NCBI RefSeq assembly: GCF_000143415.4
Contig: NW_003314261.1
Coordinates: 4,270,880 to 4,334,879 of the forward strand
DNA length: 64,000 nucleotides
Direction: 5' to 3'
DNA from: Selaginella moellendorffii
Lineage: Eukaryota; Plantae; Lycopodiophyta
Part shown: in pieces, positions 1 through 12,228 of the stretch
How positions within the stretch are numbered: the stretch's first letter is position 1
How the letters are laid out: the number at the start of each line of letters is the position of its first letter
Made by a program: the position numbers and the translations under genes
Notes under the pieces: generated by a model
Database searches by the model: none
What the model saw: the letters and a program-made list of their open reading frames with translations, nothing else
What the model was told of the DNA's origin: nothing

Positions 1-3000
1 GTTAGAACTCGACCAATTACAAAGAAGCGTTGGATGCGGCTATCAAAGTGCATTTCAACGATAATCTATGAAAGAGGAACACGACGGGGTCGAGGTCCAT
101 GTTTAGCAAAGGGGCCAAACCAAGGGGAACATATAGCAAAGGGAAATTCAAAGAGTTTCTCTAAGAATGAGTCTTCGGGGTTCCGAAAAGGCAAATCCGG
201 TGGCCAGTGAGCGAGTATGTGGGGGAGTCAAGCAAAAAGAGATAAACCCATGGATAAAAAGGTCAAGTCATATAGCAGCGTGGGAAACAATATATGCTAC
301 AATTGTAGTAAAGTGGGACACTTTTCGAGGGAATGTCCCTACCCGAAGAAGGCCAAAGCTAATATGGCCATGAAGTCGGGTGAAGTCCAAATCAAGGTAT
401 GTGATCCAGTCCCTAACTCAAATTTTCTCATTACATGAGCAACTTTGGTAGAGAGTCGTTTGCGACATTTACTAGCCCTCCGAAGGAAGCTCGGAGGTAA
501 CTTTGTTAAGATCCTTATTGACACGGGTGCTTCAGATAATTTTGTGGTTGCAGACATAATCTGGCAAGGCGGACTAACGGTGCAGCGGTTGGGTGAACCA
601 AGGACTATAGAGTTTGTTCAAGGTAGCCAAAGCACCGATGAGGTACTTTGACAAACGAGAGTCGAAGTAGGGACATGGAAAGTGGACATGGATTTCACCG
701 TGTTGGACATGGCAGGATTTGACGTGATATTCGGGATGGATTGGTTCAATTGGTTTGTGGTAACCTTGCATAGACAAGGTAGGAACCTTGTGGTACTAGC
801 GAATGCCCAAGGAAGAAGATCTAGGGTGGAGGCCCAAGATCTAAAGGTAGGGCAAAGTAAGGCCAAAGATTCCTGCTTAAACCTGGTGTCCACGAGAGGA
901 CAACTCACTAAAGGAACTAAGGCAGCATTTTTGTGCTTACTCTTGGTGAAGAGTGACAAAAAGACAGGAACGGAAGAAATACTTTTAGTGATCCAGCGGG
1001 TGTTGGACCAATTCTAGGATACCATGCCGGAGGAGCTACCGGTGGGGTTGCCCCCCGCACGAATGATAGAACATAAGATTAAGTTGGTCGAGGGTGCTGA
1101 AGCGATGGTTCGTCCCCCCTATCGTTTGAACGAAAAAGAACTCGAGGAGCTCAAGCACCAACTAGAGGAGTTGGTGGACAAAGGGTATGTTAGGTTGAGC
1201 AAGTCGTGGTTTGGGGCACTGGTGTTATTTGTGAAAAAGAAAGATGGATCTATGCGCATGTGCTTAGACTACCAGTTGCTTAACAAGTATACAAAGAAGA
1301 ACAAATACCCTTTTCCAAGGATTAAGGACCTGTTTGATAAGTTGGGAAAGGCAAAATACTTCTCGAAGATCGACCTAAGGTCAGGATACTACTAGATCAG
1401 GGTAGCAGAGGAAGATGTCAAGAAGACAACTTGTCGAACAAGGTATGGGAGCTTTGAGTTTCTAGTGATGCCCTTCGGGCTATACAATGCGCCGGCAACG
1501 TTTTCGGCGTTGATGAACCATATCTTTATACTCTATCTGGATCACTTTGTGGTCGTCTATATTGACGACATCCTGATCTATAGCGAAACGCTAGAGGAGC
1601 ATGCCGAACACTTGATGAAGGTGTTTGAGAAATTAAGGGAACACCAGCTATATGCTAAAGAGAGCAAATGTGACTTTGCTCAACAAGAGGTAAAGTTTCT
1701 TGGGCATGTGGTGGGCAAGGATGGGCTCAAGGTGGACCCTGAGAAGGTCCAAGCAATCCAGGATTGGGAGTGACCATTAAATGTACACGAGTTAAGGGCA
1801 TTCTTGGAGCTATGCAACTATTATCAAAAGTTTATCAAACACTATTCGAGAGTAGCCCTACCCTTAACAGACCAAACAAGAAAAGAGAAGATGGTATGGA
1901 CAGTAGAATGCGAGGCGGCATTTGTCCACCTCAAAGGGAAGTTGAGGAAGGCTCCCGTGTTGGCATTACCGGACTTTGGTATGGACTTTGAGGTAGAAAC
2001 AGATGCTTTGGACTTTGCGTTGGGCGTAGTTTTGAAGCAAGGCAACCATCCAGTAGCGTTCTTCTCAAAGAAGTTAGATAAGGCTCAATGGAAGTGGCCT
2101 GCCCATGAGAAGGAATTGTTTGTGGTGGTCAAGGCGCTCAAGGAGTGGCGACACTACCTTGGGAGACACTTCAAGGTTTACACGGACAATGTGGCAACGA
2201 AACACTTTTTGTCACAGCCCGACCTGAGAGGGAAACATGGTCGATGGGCCAATGCTTTGGCCAAGTTTGATTATGAGATTCTGTACAAGCCTGGGAAGAG
2301 CAACATCATGGCGGATGTGCTAAGTCGAAAAGCGAGCTTGAAGTTAGCAATATTCAGTGCGACAACAACCTTTTGGGATGATGTGCAGATAGCATATGAG
2401 AACTATGGTCTAGCACAAGAAGTGTTGCTGAGGAATCTAGAGGCACGGGAAGCTCACTAGAGAGGTGAGCTACCAATGGAATAGAAAACAAGCTATGCAA
2501 AACACAATGGACTTATCTATTACAAGCAAACGAGGGTGTATATTCCAGAAGGGGAACTAAGGAAGGTAACCTTAAAAGAGTGTCATGACAAACCTTTTGC
2601 GGGACATGGCGGAGTGCCCAAGATGATGGGCTTACTCAAGAGGAAGTATCACTAGCTAGACGTGGCTAAGGATGTCCAAGACTATGTAAAGACATGTCCA
2701 ACATGTCAGCAGGTAAAAGCCGTGACTAAGGCAAGTGGGGGCTTGTTATAAAGCATCCCAATTCCAGATCGTCCGTGGAAATGTCTTATGATGGACTTCA
2801 TCACAGGACTCCCCCTAAGCAAGGGGTTCAATGCGATATTCGTGGTGGTGGACTGATTTTCGAAGATGGCACATTTCATACCCACCACAACAGAAGTGGA
2901 TGCAGAAGGTGTGGCGAAGCTATTCTTCGAATAAATGGTTCGAGTACAAGGAAGGCCAAAAGAGATTATCTCAGATCGAGATAAGATCTTCACCAGTAGG

Positions 3001-3066
3001 TTCTAGAGAACTCTCCTAGAACAGTATAGCACCAAGTTGAAATTCAACACAGCCTATCATAGACAG

Positions 3067-3113
3067 GTATTGGGTATTAAGTCAAGTTTGATGGCACTAA
3101 AACTTCATGACAA
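3067..3113 (+). other. 47-nt intron-like insertion in integrase motif HPQTDGQTER (acceptor mutated AG>AA in this copy)
   Basis: CAG|GTATTG...CATGACAA|ACAGAC; homologous to the intact GT-AG copy at 57080-57126. Confidence 0.75.
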
Positions 3114-3531
3114 ACAGACAAATGGAAAGGGTGAATAGGCAGCTGGAGGATTATTTGCGATGCTATGTCTCGGAAGACCAAACCGATTGGGTAAGTCATT
3201 TAGGACTTGCGAAAATGTGTTATAACAACTCACCACATTCGAGTATCCGGGTGAGTCCATGGGAAGTCATCAATGGGTGATGTATTGAAGGTCTTGTGGA
3301 ACTCGGCATGGCCAAGTATCATGGAGAGTTACCCGCCATGGAGGCATTTATGGCAGAAAGACTCAACATTTGGAATCTAGTGAGGGATTCTGTGAAACGG
3401 GCTCAACAAAGGCAAACCAAGTATGCGAACCAAAAGTGTCGGGATGTAGAGTTCCAAACTGGGGAGAAGGTGTGGCTGAACACCAAGAACCTTAGGTTAC
3501 CAAGTGGGATCAGCCGGAAGTTGACCCAAAG

Positions 3532-3583
3532 GTAAAAATACATGTATTCCTGTAAATGAATTGATCTTGAGTTCCTTAAGCAG
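3532..3583 (+). other. 52-nt GT-AG intron in integrase GPY/F motif
   Basis: AAAG|GTAAAA...TTAAGCAG|GTTCGCAGGGCCTTAC; removal restores KLTQRFAGPYEI. Confidence 0.85.
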
Positions 3584-6500
3584 GTTCGCAGGGCCTTACG
3601 AGATTGAGGCACGAATCAGTAAAGTGGCTTACCGTCTCCGACTGTTGCGAATGTGACTTCGGGTATCAAAAGTTACTTGTAGACCAGTCCTTACGGACAC
3701 TCTTTCCTTACTACCACGACGGCAGGAGGTCGGTATTGCTGGACTTGTTATCAGTCTCTGCCTAAGCTAGTTGAGAAACTAGTCCTCGCGTGTGCACTTA
3801 ACCAGATGAGCATAAGGAAGGAATTCCTAAGTGTCTATTTAGTCAAGCATACTTGACCTGGTTAGAGAAACTCATTCATTGACTTGCACATTGACTTGCA
3901 CCATGATATTGAGCTTGGTCCCTCAATATTTGCTAGATGATAGCTTACCGTATTTGCCAAACACCCTTGCTATCATGCCCTTTGTGTTAGTCTCAATTCG
4001 TCCCAAATGCTATTTATGGAAAGTGTCCAGATTTGCTCATTTGGCATATCTACGGAATGTAGAGATCGTCCTGAACACAATGGTGTTCATCCCGTGTCCA
4101 AATTCGCAATCTAGGGACACTCCATATTTAATAAGTTTCGAGCTCGTCCTAGAGACTAACTCCTGATACTAAGGGAAGCTTGGGGTGAAAGCCCAAAGCA
4201 TGTGTTCCTCAAGGGGGGGGATATGGGGGGTTCCAAATGTATAGTAGGGATAGTGGGTAGGTCGGGCATGGCCGACCAACCTGAAGCATAGTCTAGCTCT
4301 TGCTTGCATGCCTGTCCTTGTTCTGTGTCCGGCTTGGGTCTAAGCCCAAGTTCCATTCCATGCTAGCTGGTTGAGTACCCATGTCCTCACGTTAGGCCAC
4401 TGGTATGCCGAAATAGCGCTAGACTCCGTTTGGCTCCATTTTGCGTGCTGGTCCTGGCATTGGGATGCTGGTTGCTCTAAGATTGTTCCAAGTCTCTCCA
4501 AGCTCCTGTCCCTTCTCTCCTTCGGCTTTGCAATCGTTCCTTAGGTATGGTTTTTGTTACCTTTTTGTATCGTGATAATGTGAGCTTGCTCTTGGCTCAT
4601 AAGAAGGATTAAGAGGTTTCCATTTGCACGAGTTTGTGCTTGGGCTCATGAGTGAGGCATATTAGCAACTCAAGGTTACACTTTGAGTTGGTGGGATTAA
4701 TGTTAGCCTATCATTGGTTCCATAAGTTGTTATAGTGGTTCCATGGGTTGTTCCATGTACCATGGGTAAAAATAAACCTTCCCTAGGTTTGCTATGAATA
4801 GCAAATAGGCTGGTCTATAATTGTTTAGCACGGCACTAATGGATTTTTCTTAGGCATGATTACAAGTGGATTAATCAAGACTATAGGGAGGAGTTTATTG
4901 ATTCAAGTAATCATTGCCGTGCTCTCTCATAAACTTTTCTTAGATTTGACTGAAGGTAGTGCAAAAGCAAGTTTAAGGTTTGGTCAAAAAATGAGACCGA
5001 AAAAAGAGTCATCATGAACGGAGGGTCAAACACGTAAATCATTTTCTCTTCTTGGAAAAATGATTTGCAATGAGGTGTTAACTCATTGCTCATGTTCACA
5101 TTATGCAATCAAGAGTCCCTACCTTGATGCATGTTGGTTATGGTGGTCTTATAAATGGTGAGTTGTGGGATGGATAGTGGTGAAGCGTTAAACCATTTTG
5201 TCTAAGCTTGCTATTGAAGACGGGTTGCAATGTTCAATTCTTTTCTGGGGAACCTTGTTATTGCTCCTTGAGTAGCTTGGTGTTGGATTAGTGTTGAGTT
5301 TGGTCGGAAAGAGAGTGGCATGAGCTTGTCCGTGTTGTGAACAAAAGTTAGTAGTGTTAGGTGTTGTAAATCTCTATTAATGGGGTGTGGCATTTATGTT
5401 GCATTTTGTTGAATTGAGTTGGCACTTAATATTCACATAAACCTTTGTAGTAGTGACATAAGCATTGCTTATAGTGTTGCTTGATTGATGATTAAGTCAT
5501 TGTGATTTATATCATATCCATGTGATAGTGAGCAATGTGTTTACAAAGTTGCTTGGGTAAATGATGATTAACCCCAAAGTGGTTGATGGAGAAGTTGGTC
5601 TATTTACACGAAGTAGCATTATAGTAGCTTTGACTGGATTCTCAATGGTGGTCCATTATGCTAAGCTTAAGTTGGTACCTTATTTTCTTGAGTTTGCCCA
5701 TTAGGTGTTAGAAAAGGGTTATAGCATTCATTTGCTATGTCTTGTTAGTTTATCCGTTAAGACTTGGAGTAAATTGTTAGATGGAGAAAATGTGTAGTTG
5801 AGGCATTGACATCACTAGCATTTGTGTTAGTGGAAGTGGCATTGTTATTTTGAGTGATAAGGAATTTTCCTTGGACCTTGATTTTCCATGCCATTTTTCT
5901 TGTTAGTGTTTTGGCTTCATGTTGGATCTTGAAGGTGATTGAAGATGAGTATTAGTGCAATGTGGATATCTGAAGATGTGGTCTTTGTGATTAAGCCTTA
6001 GATGTTCATTTTGCACTTTGCAAATGTCGGTGTTAGATGACGAAAAACTGGGCAAAGATGTTCGATGCTTAAGCATACTATTGGGTCATAAGAATTTGTG
6101 TTAAAGTGAATCTATGTGAAGTTGTTAGTAGAAGGAAGTTGGTTGAGTTTTGAAAGTTTGCATTCTTGGATTGAGAGTCATTCTTTCTCTAGGATTGAAA
6201 TTTTCCACAAATTTTCTTAGGCTTTTCCAATGGTTGATCTGTTGATTACTTTGCTGAAAACCATTCCGTTTTCGTAAGCCAATACAAACTAGTGAAGTGG
6301 TTGGAGTTAACTTTGGTTAGCTTAGACTTTAGTAAGTAGTTTGTATGATGCAACCTGAAAAGGATACTAACTTTTGGAGCTAAGGCAATTGAGTTGGATA
6401 GAGTCTAGAGTTGGTGTAGGTGGCCGTTGCACTTTTCTAAGAAGGGTAACCCTTGTGCCTTTCTTCTATAGTGTTCTGCTTGGTGGTGGGTTGCATCTTG

Positions 6501-8611
6501 CATTTCATTAGACTCTATGAGAGTAGTCAGCTCTCACTAATCTTGACTTGGTCTTGGTGGCCCTGCGCCTTGGCTGAGGATGGTGATGTCTAACTTAGTT
6601 GTTTAAGGTTGAGATGTTGGTACCCGTACTATAACTTTGTCTGTGAGGAGGTTGTGTACCAATATGAGTCTATCTCATGGTTTTCACTTTAGTTTCAACT
6701 AAGTGTTGATTACACATAGCTAGCCTCTTCAAGGCATGCTCAGAGCTATGTCTAAATGCATTAGTGAGCTTATTGCAGTTGAGTTGGATTCGAATGGTCA
6801 TTTAGTTTATGCTTGTCTATGAACTTTTATCTCGTACCTGGGGTATCACGTTTATGTTGGACAAGTATATAACTTGATGACAAGAGTTGGTGTTTAGGTC
6901 TTGTGAAGGCAAGTTGAGGGGTGATTGTTAGTTGCTTTGTGACTAGTGATTACTTGTAGACTTAGTCGAGGACTATTGACACTTGCTTTTCTCGATGATG
7001 ATTTAGCAGTGATGGGCTTGCTTTACCAAATGGTGTTGCGGAGGATCATGTCATTAGACTTACATGAGTTTTTCATGTTGACATGTCAATTCTACCTCTG
7101 TCAATATCATTTGGTTGCATTTAGTTCGTAGTGTTGGATTTCATTGAGTCTTGGATGTAGTGATTCACTCCTTGGTGAAGTGTTATTTGTAGCTGAGTAT
7201 TGTTGAAGGATTGGTCTTGGATACTATAGTATCTTCGACTTTGGTTAGCTTAGTTGCTGAAGAGTTTGAGTTGTGATTCACTCTTGCTTTTTTTTAGCTT
7301 TGTTCTAGTGTTGATGGCATTGAAGTGATGCCTTGTCATTGAAAATATTGATGTTGAGATTTGAGTGAAATGAGATATCTCTCCAAAAGATTAATATTGA
7401 GTTTTATTAGTCTCGATAGCAATAGTGTTGATGATTTGGTTGTAGCTTTGTGTTGTTAGCATTCGCGCATTTGCTAGTTGGCAACTATGTTGATGTTCAA
7501 ACGAACTGAGTGGCAAGTTGAGTTAGTTGTGTTCTAAACGAGATTATTTAGTAGAGGGTTGAGCTTTAGCTTTTCCTTGAAAAGTGATTTAGTCATGAAC
7601 TATGTTAACTCTGCGAGAGGAAGAGTTAATGATCGATATTAAAATGTTGAGTTTTTGTTGGATTTGAGTTTGGGATATAGCGATCATTAGTGATTCTTTT
7701 TAGACTTGTTATAAAGTGAGTTACGTCTTGCTGTAGATGGATTCATGGAGGATCGTTTAGTGATCACTTGTTGAGCATCGCTTTATTATGCTTAGCTTTT
7801 GGATTGATGCAGATATGCTCTTCATTAGTTTTGCATTATGAAGTATAGCTTATGGATGTGTTAAAAAAGATATTGTGGGTTATACCATGATTTCTTCTTT
7901 AGCATTGAAGTTAGTTTATGCAAGACTTGTGATCATTATAGACAAAGACTTAGCTATAGGCTTCTTCAAGTTTTTGGTTCTTTAAGTTTTTATGCTTAAT
8001 ATTCCATTTATTAAAAGTTGTTGGGGAAGGCATTTTGGCTTTTAGCTTCGATGTTGAAGTTAGTATTTGCATCTAGCAATCATTAGCGATGCTTGACTAT
8101 CATCTAGGATAGTTGATTATCCTTGTCAAAAAGTTTTGCTTGATTATTGTTAGTATAGAATGATTTGCCGTTCTTCAAGATGGTGGAAAAGATGTTCAAT
8201 GCTTAAGCATACTATTGGGTCATGAGAATTTGTGTTAAAGTGAATCTATGTGAAGTTATTAGTAGGAGGAAGTTGGTTGAGTTTTTAAAGTTTGCATTCT
8301 TGGACTGAGAGTCATTCTTTCTTCAATGACGATTATGCATTTCTCTATTGATGGGATGATTAATGATTTTTCATGATGGTTAGTTATTTTTTTGATAGCT
8401 TATGGCTTTTTCGCAATACCACATGTTCTTTGTGGTTTGCTTTGGATTGGTTTCTTGGGTTTGAGACATCAGTATGACGTTGCTGACACTTGCTTAAGCA
8501 ACTTGAGTTCCTTGGTATTGTTGATTGGGATCTATTCAGATTGGCTGGTGCAATGGTTGGCATAACTAAGTGTTTGTTGGTCTTACCACATTCATTATGT
8601 TCTGTTGATTG

Positions 8612-8986
8612 TGTCAAGACCCCCAACAAGATCAAGACTGGAAAATGCTAAAGACAAAAGTGAAAACAAAGAAGAAGCCTTAGACTGGTGTTGATTCAGA
8701 TTGTGGAGAAATGGAACAAGGCTAACCTATATATACTATAGGTTGATGAAGCTCCACCACTCTTGGATCGAGGATGCCTAAATACAGCTGAGGTCGAGGA
8801 GGCGCCACATCATCATCAGGAATGTGACTCGAGACTCAGGAATCGGGAAGTGTCTCGAGAGTCAGGAATAGGGAAGTGTCTCGAGAGTCAGGAATAGGGA
8901 AGTGTCTCGAGAGTCAGGAATGTGGTCTGCAGGTCAGGAATCCGGCGAGAGTCAGGAATGTGGCAAGAATTGGGGGATTCCTGACA
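8612..8986 (-). repeat. 3' LTR of chromovirus (with extra copies of a 26-bp internal tandem unit)
   Basis: Matches 25755-26089; the GGAATAGGGAAGTGTCTCGAGAGTCA unit is expanded here. Confidence 0.95.
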
Positions 8987-8997
8987 GCACCCCCTCC

Positions 8998-11539
8998 TCA
9001 AGAACGAGTGGAACGAGGATGTGAACGAGAACGAAGAGGAGGATGAGATGAGTGGCGAGGGATGGGAGATGGAGAAAAAGAATGAGGACTGGGACGAGAA
9101 GGATAGCGGCGGTGGAAGTCCTGAACAAGGTCAGGAGAATGAATCAGGTTGTCCGCAGGTTCCCAAGTGCGTTCCTCAGGTCCGTAACCCTTCCAGTCCA
9201 CCAGATAGTAGAGTTTAGATCGTGAAATCTTGGAATCAAGGATGTCCTGAACCTCGTACTCAGACCCATCCTCGAGCTGCACTGGTGGAGGTGGAGGAAT
9301 GACCCGATTTGGAATAGGACTGGGAATATAAGGCTCAAGGAGAGAGGAGTGAAAAATGGGGTGAATTTGATATGAGGAGGGAAGTGCAAGGCAATAGGTG
9401 ACAGGATTAATGATGGCAGTGATAGGGAAAGGACCAAGGCGTTTGAAATCGAGTTTTGGACAGGGCCTGGTGGTGGAGATATTTCGCCTGAGGAGCCAGA
9501 CTTTATCCCCGATATTGTAAGGGGGACAATCCTGACGATGGACATTGGCAAATGTTTTATGAGATTCCTGAGCACGATGGAGGTGGAAGGAGATGGAGTT
9601 GTGGATTTCCTGAAGGTTGGAGATAAATGATTCAGAGCGGGGATTTGAACGAGAGGATTCAGATGGAGAAGGAAGTGAGAGATTGAATCAGGGGTTTCGG
9701 CCAGAGTTCGCAAAGAAGGGGGAAACTCGAAGAGAGGAGTGAACAGAGTTGTTATAGGAGAACTCAGCAAGGGGAAGGATATCGAACCAGTTATCCTGAT
9801 GATAGTTGATGAAGCACCTCAAGAATTGTTCCAACGTCTGAATCGTTCGCTCGGACTGCCCATCAGTTTGAGGATGATATGCCGAAGAGAGGTTGGCCTT
9901 CACTCCAAGCAGCTGCAAAAACCGTTGCCAGAAATGAGAGATGAACTGAGGCCCCCGATCCGAAACCACATCTGTAGGAATCCCATGAAGTCGGAAAATT
10001 TCCCTGAATACCAGTTTTGCCATGTCCTCGCCCGAAAACTCCTTGGTACATGGCAAGAAGTGCGTCATCTTTGTGAAGCGATCCACCACGACTAAAATGC
10101 TGTTGAAGCCTCCAGAACTCGGAAGATCACTCAAGAAATCCATAGAGATGGATTCCCAAGGACCTGAAGGGACCGGAAGGGAACGAAGCAAACCTGAAGG
10201 AAGGTGGCGAGGTACCTTATTCCGGGCACAAGTGTCACAGGAGGTAACAAAAGCTTTGATGTAGTCGTCCATGTGAGGCCACCAAAAGTCCCGTGCAACT
10301 AGCTCATAGGTTTTCGCAATGCCGAAGTGACCAGCAGTCGGGCTATCGTGGCACGCCATCAGGATCAACCTTCGAGCATCACCTTCAGGAACGTAAAGCT
10401 GCTCCCCACGGTACAATAAGCCATCTAAGAACTCAAACTCGTAATTGATCTCCGCAGGCTGGAATTTCCGAGAATGGAAAGCGACCGGATGAAGTTCGTG
10501 ATCCGCTCCGAGTTGAGATAGCACAGCACCAATGGCAAAGTCGGAGGCGTCAGCCTCGATGAAGAAAGGTTGTGAGGAATCAGCATGGATCAAGACAGGA
10601 GCAGAACTGAAGGCCGCCTTGAGTGTGTCGAAGGCCTGCTGGGTAGCAGCAGACCAAGAGAAGGGAACATCCTTGCGAGTGAGATGTGTGAGAGGAAGGA
10701 CAATGTCAGAGTAGTGATCAATGAAGTTGCGGTAGAAGTTGGCGAAGCCAAGGAAAACCTGAACGTCTGACATTGATTGTGGAGGCTCCCATTCGAGAAT
10801 AGTCTTGACTTTAGCAGGATCCATCGTGATACCCTCAGGAGTGACAATGTACCCAAGGAACTCCACAGACTGCTGATCAAAGGAACATTTCTCAAGCTTC
10901 GCGTATAGGCCGTGTTCTCGCAGCTTCGCTAGCACCTTGCGAACATGTTCGTCATGCTCCTCCTGAGTTTTTGAGTAGATGAGGATGTCATCGAGGTAGA
11001 CGATCACCATCTGATCAAGAAACTCCCGAAAAACGTCGTTCGCCATGTGTTGGAAAACCGCTGGAGCATTTGTCAAGCCAAATGGCATGACAGTGTACTC
11101 GAAGTGGCCATAGCGGGTTCGGAACGCAGTCTTCCATTCATCACCAGGCCGGATCCGGATCAGGTTGTATGCTCCACGGAGGTCGATCTTGGTGAAGAAG
11201 CGGGCACCGCCGAGGCGTTCCAACAGGTCCGAGATCAGGGGCAGCGGATAACGGTTCCGAACAGTCACCTTGTTCAAACCTCGGTAGTCGATGACTAGCC
11301 GCAAGCTCCCATCCTTCTTCTTGACAAAGAAGACAGGTGCTCCAGCCGGGGACTGCGAATGCTGAATGTAGCCCGAGGCAAGGTTCTCATCCACGTACTC
11401 TTTGAGGGCCTTAAGCTCGGACGGGGATAACCCGTAGATAGGCCCCCACGGAGGTGATGCTCCTTCCTGTAAATCAATGGGACAATCATAAGGCCGATGA
11501 ACAGGCAGTACACTAGCTTTTTTCTTGTCAAACACATCC
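8998..11539 (-). pseudogene. pol: pol 3' part: RT, internally deleted RNase H, integrase, chromodomain
   Basis: YLDDIL, EADASDFAIG, HDSPTAGH..CDTC, SDRGPQF, HPQTDGQSE; CGA>TGA stop at 9688; chromodomain YEVQDILD..YLVDWKGY..TWEP. AEINYE joins directly to FEFLDGLLY, indicating a deletion of the RNase H C-terminal half. Confidence 0.93.
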
Positions 11540-12228
11540 AAGCTCTATTTCGTTAAAGTGGGATTTATTCAGTAAAATGGGACTAGGTACAAATTTTCAA
11601 GTATTTGAAAATGACGTGAAATTATATATTTTTTGTCCAGGGGCTAGACATATCTGGGGCATGGTGACTAGCGCGGTGACTTTGTGTCCAGACTGAGTCC
11701 ATCTGGTTGTATAAAAAATCTCATTGTCAAGGTGAACAAGCCGAATCTGAAGCTAAAGAAGAGCGATGGCATGCGCGCACACACTATTTGTTTGTTCATT
11801 GAACGTGTGGTGAGCTTTCCAAGATGAACGTCATTCCTATTAGCCAAACATATAACTTAATGGTGAGAACATTTAGATATTATTCAATGTTATCTTTTTC
11901 TAACGAATCTAATTGTGAAGGTGTAGCAAGAGGCATTGCTAGTCTGGAGAAGTCATTTAACTCATTTGACCCTTAGTGTATTTTCATGAAACTAAATAAC
12001 ATTCATATTATTAAGGAATTTCTCTAGTACCTTTTTTTTACGACATAGAGGCTTGCATTTCTTTCAAAGGTGATTTAGTAAAAGGCCTGAGGGCACATGC
12101 CATTCTATTTCTCAGACCGGTATTAAGATATACTAGTGCAAAGGGCCACATGCCATCACGCCTCCTCTGATTCAGATTCGGATTGTTCACCTTGAAATAA
12201 AATACATTAGAAACTTAGTAAAGGAATA

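Larger units (their letters stand above)
1..3642 (+). mobile_element. Ty3/gypsy LTR retrotransposon (family C), decayed gag-pol, truncated by window start and by element A
   Basis: Zinc knuckle CYNCSKVGHFSREC, protease LIDTGAS, RT ([19 protein letters not shown]), RNase H (VETDA, HEKEL), integrase ([22 protein letters not shown]). Many C>T/G>A stops. Same family as 55825-58575 (-). Confidence 0.95.

Noticed and set aside
397-453. Possible extra intron between gag and protease of family C (AAG|GTATGT)
   Set aside because: Gag and protease are already in frame apart from one TGA explainable by C>T decay; the acceptor is ambiguous and there is no second copy to compare.
4550-8611. Short ORFs and possible antisense coding remnant in element A interior
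   Set aside because: Strong T/G skew, but no sustained frame or recognisable motif.
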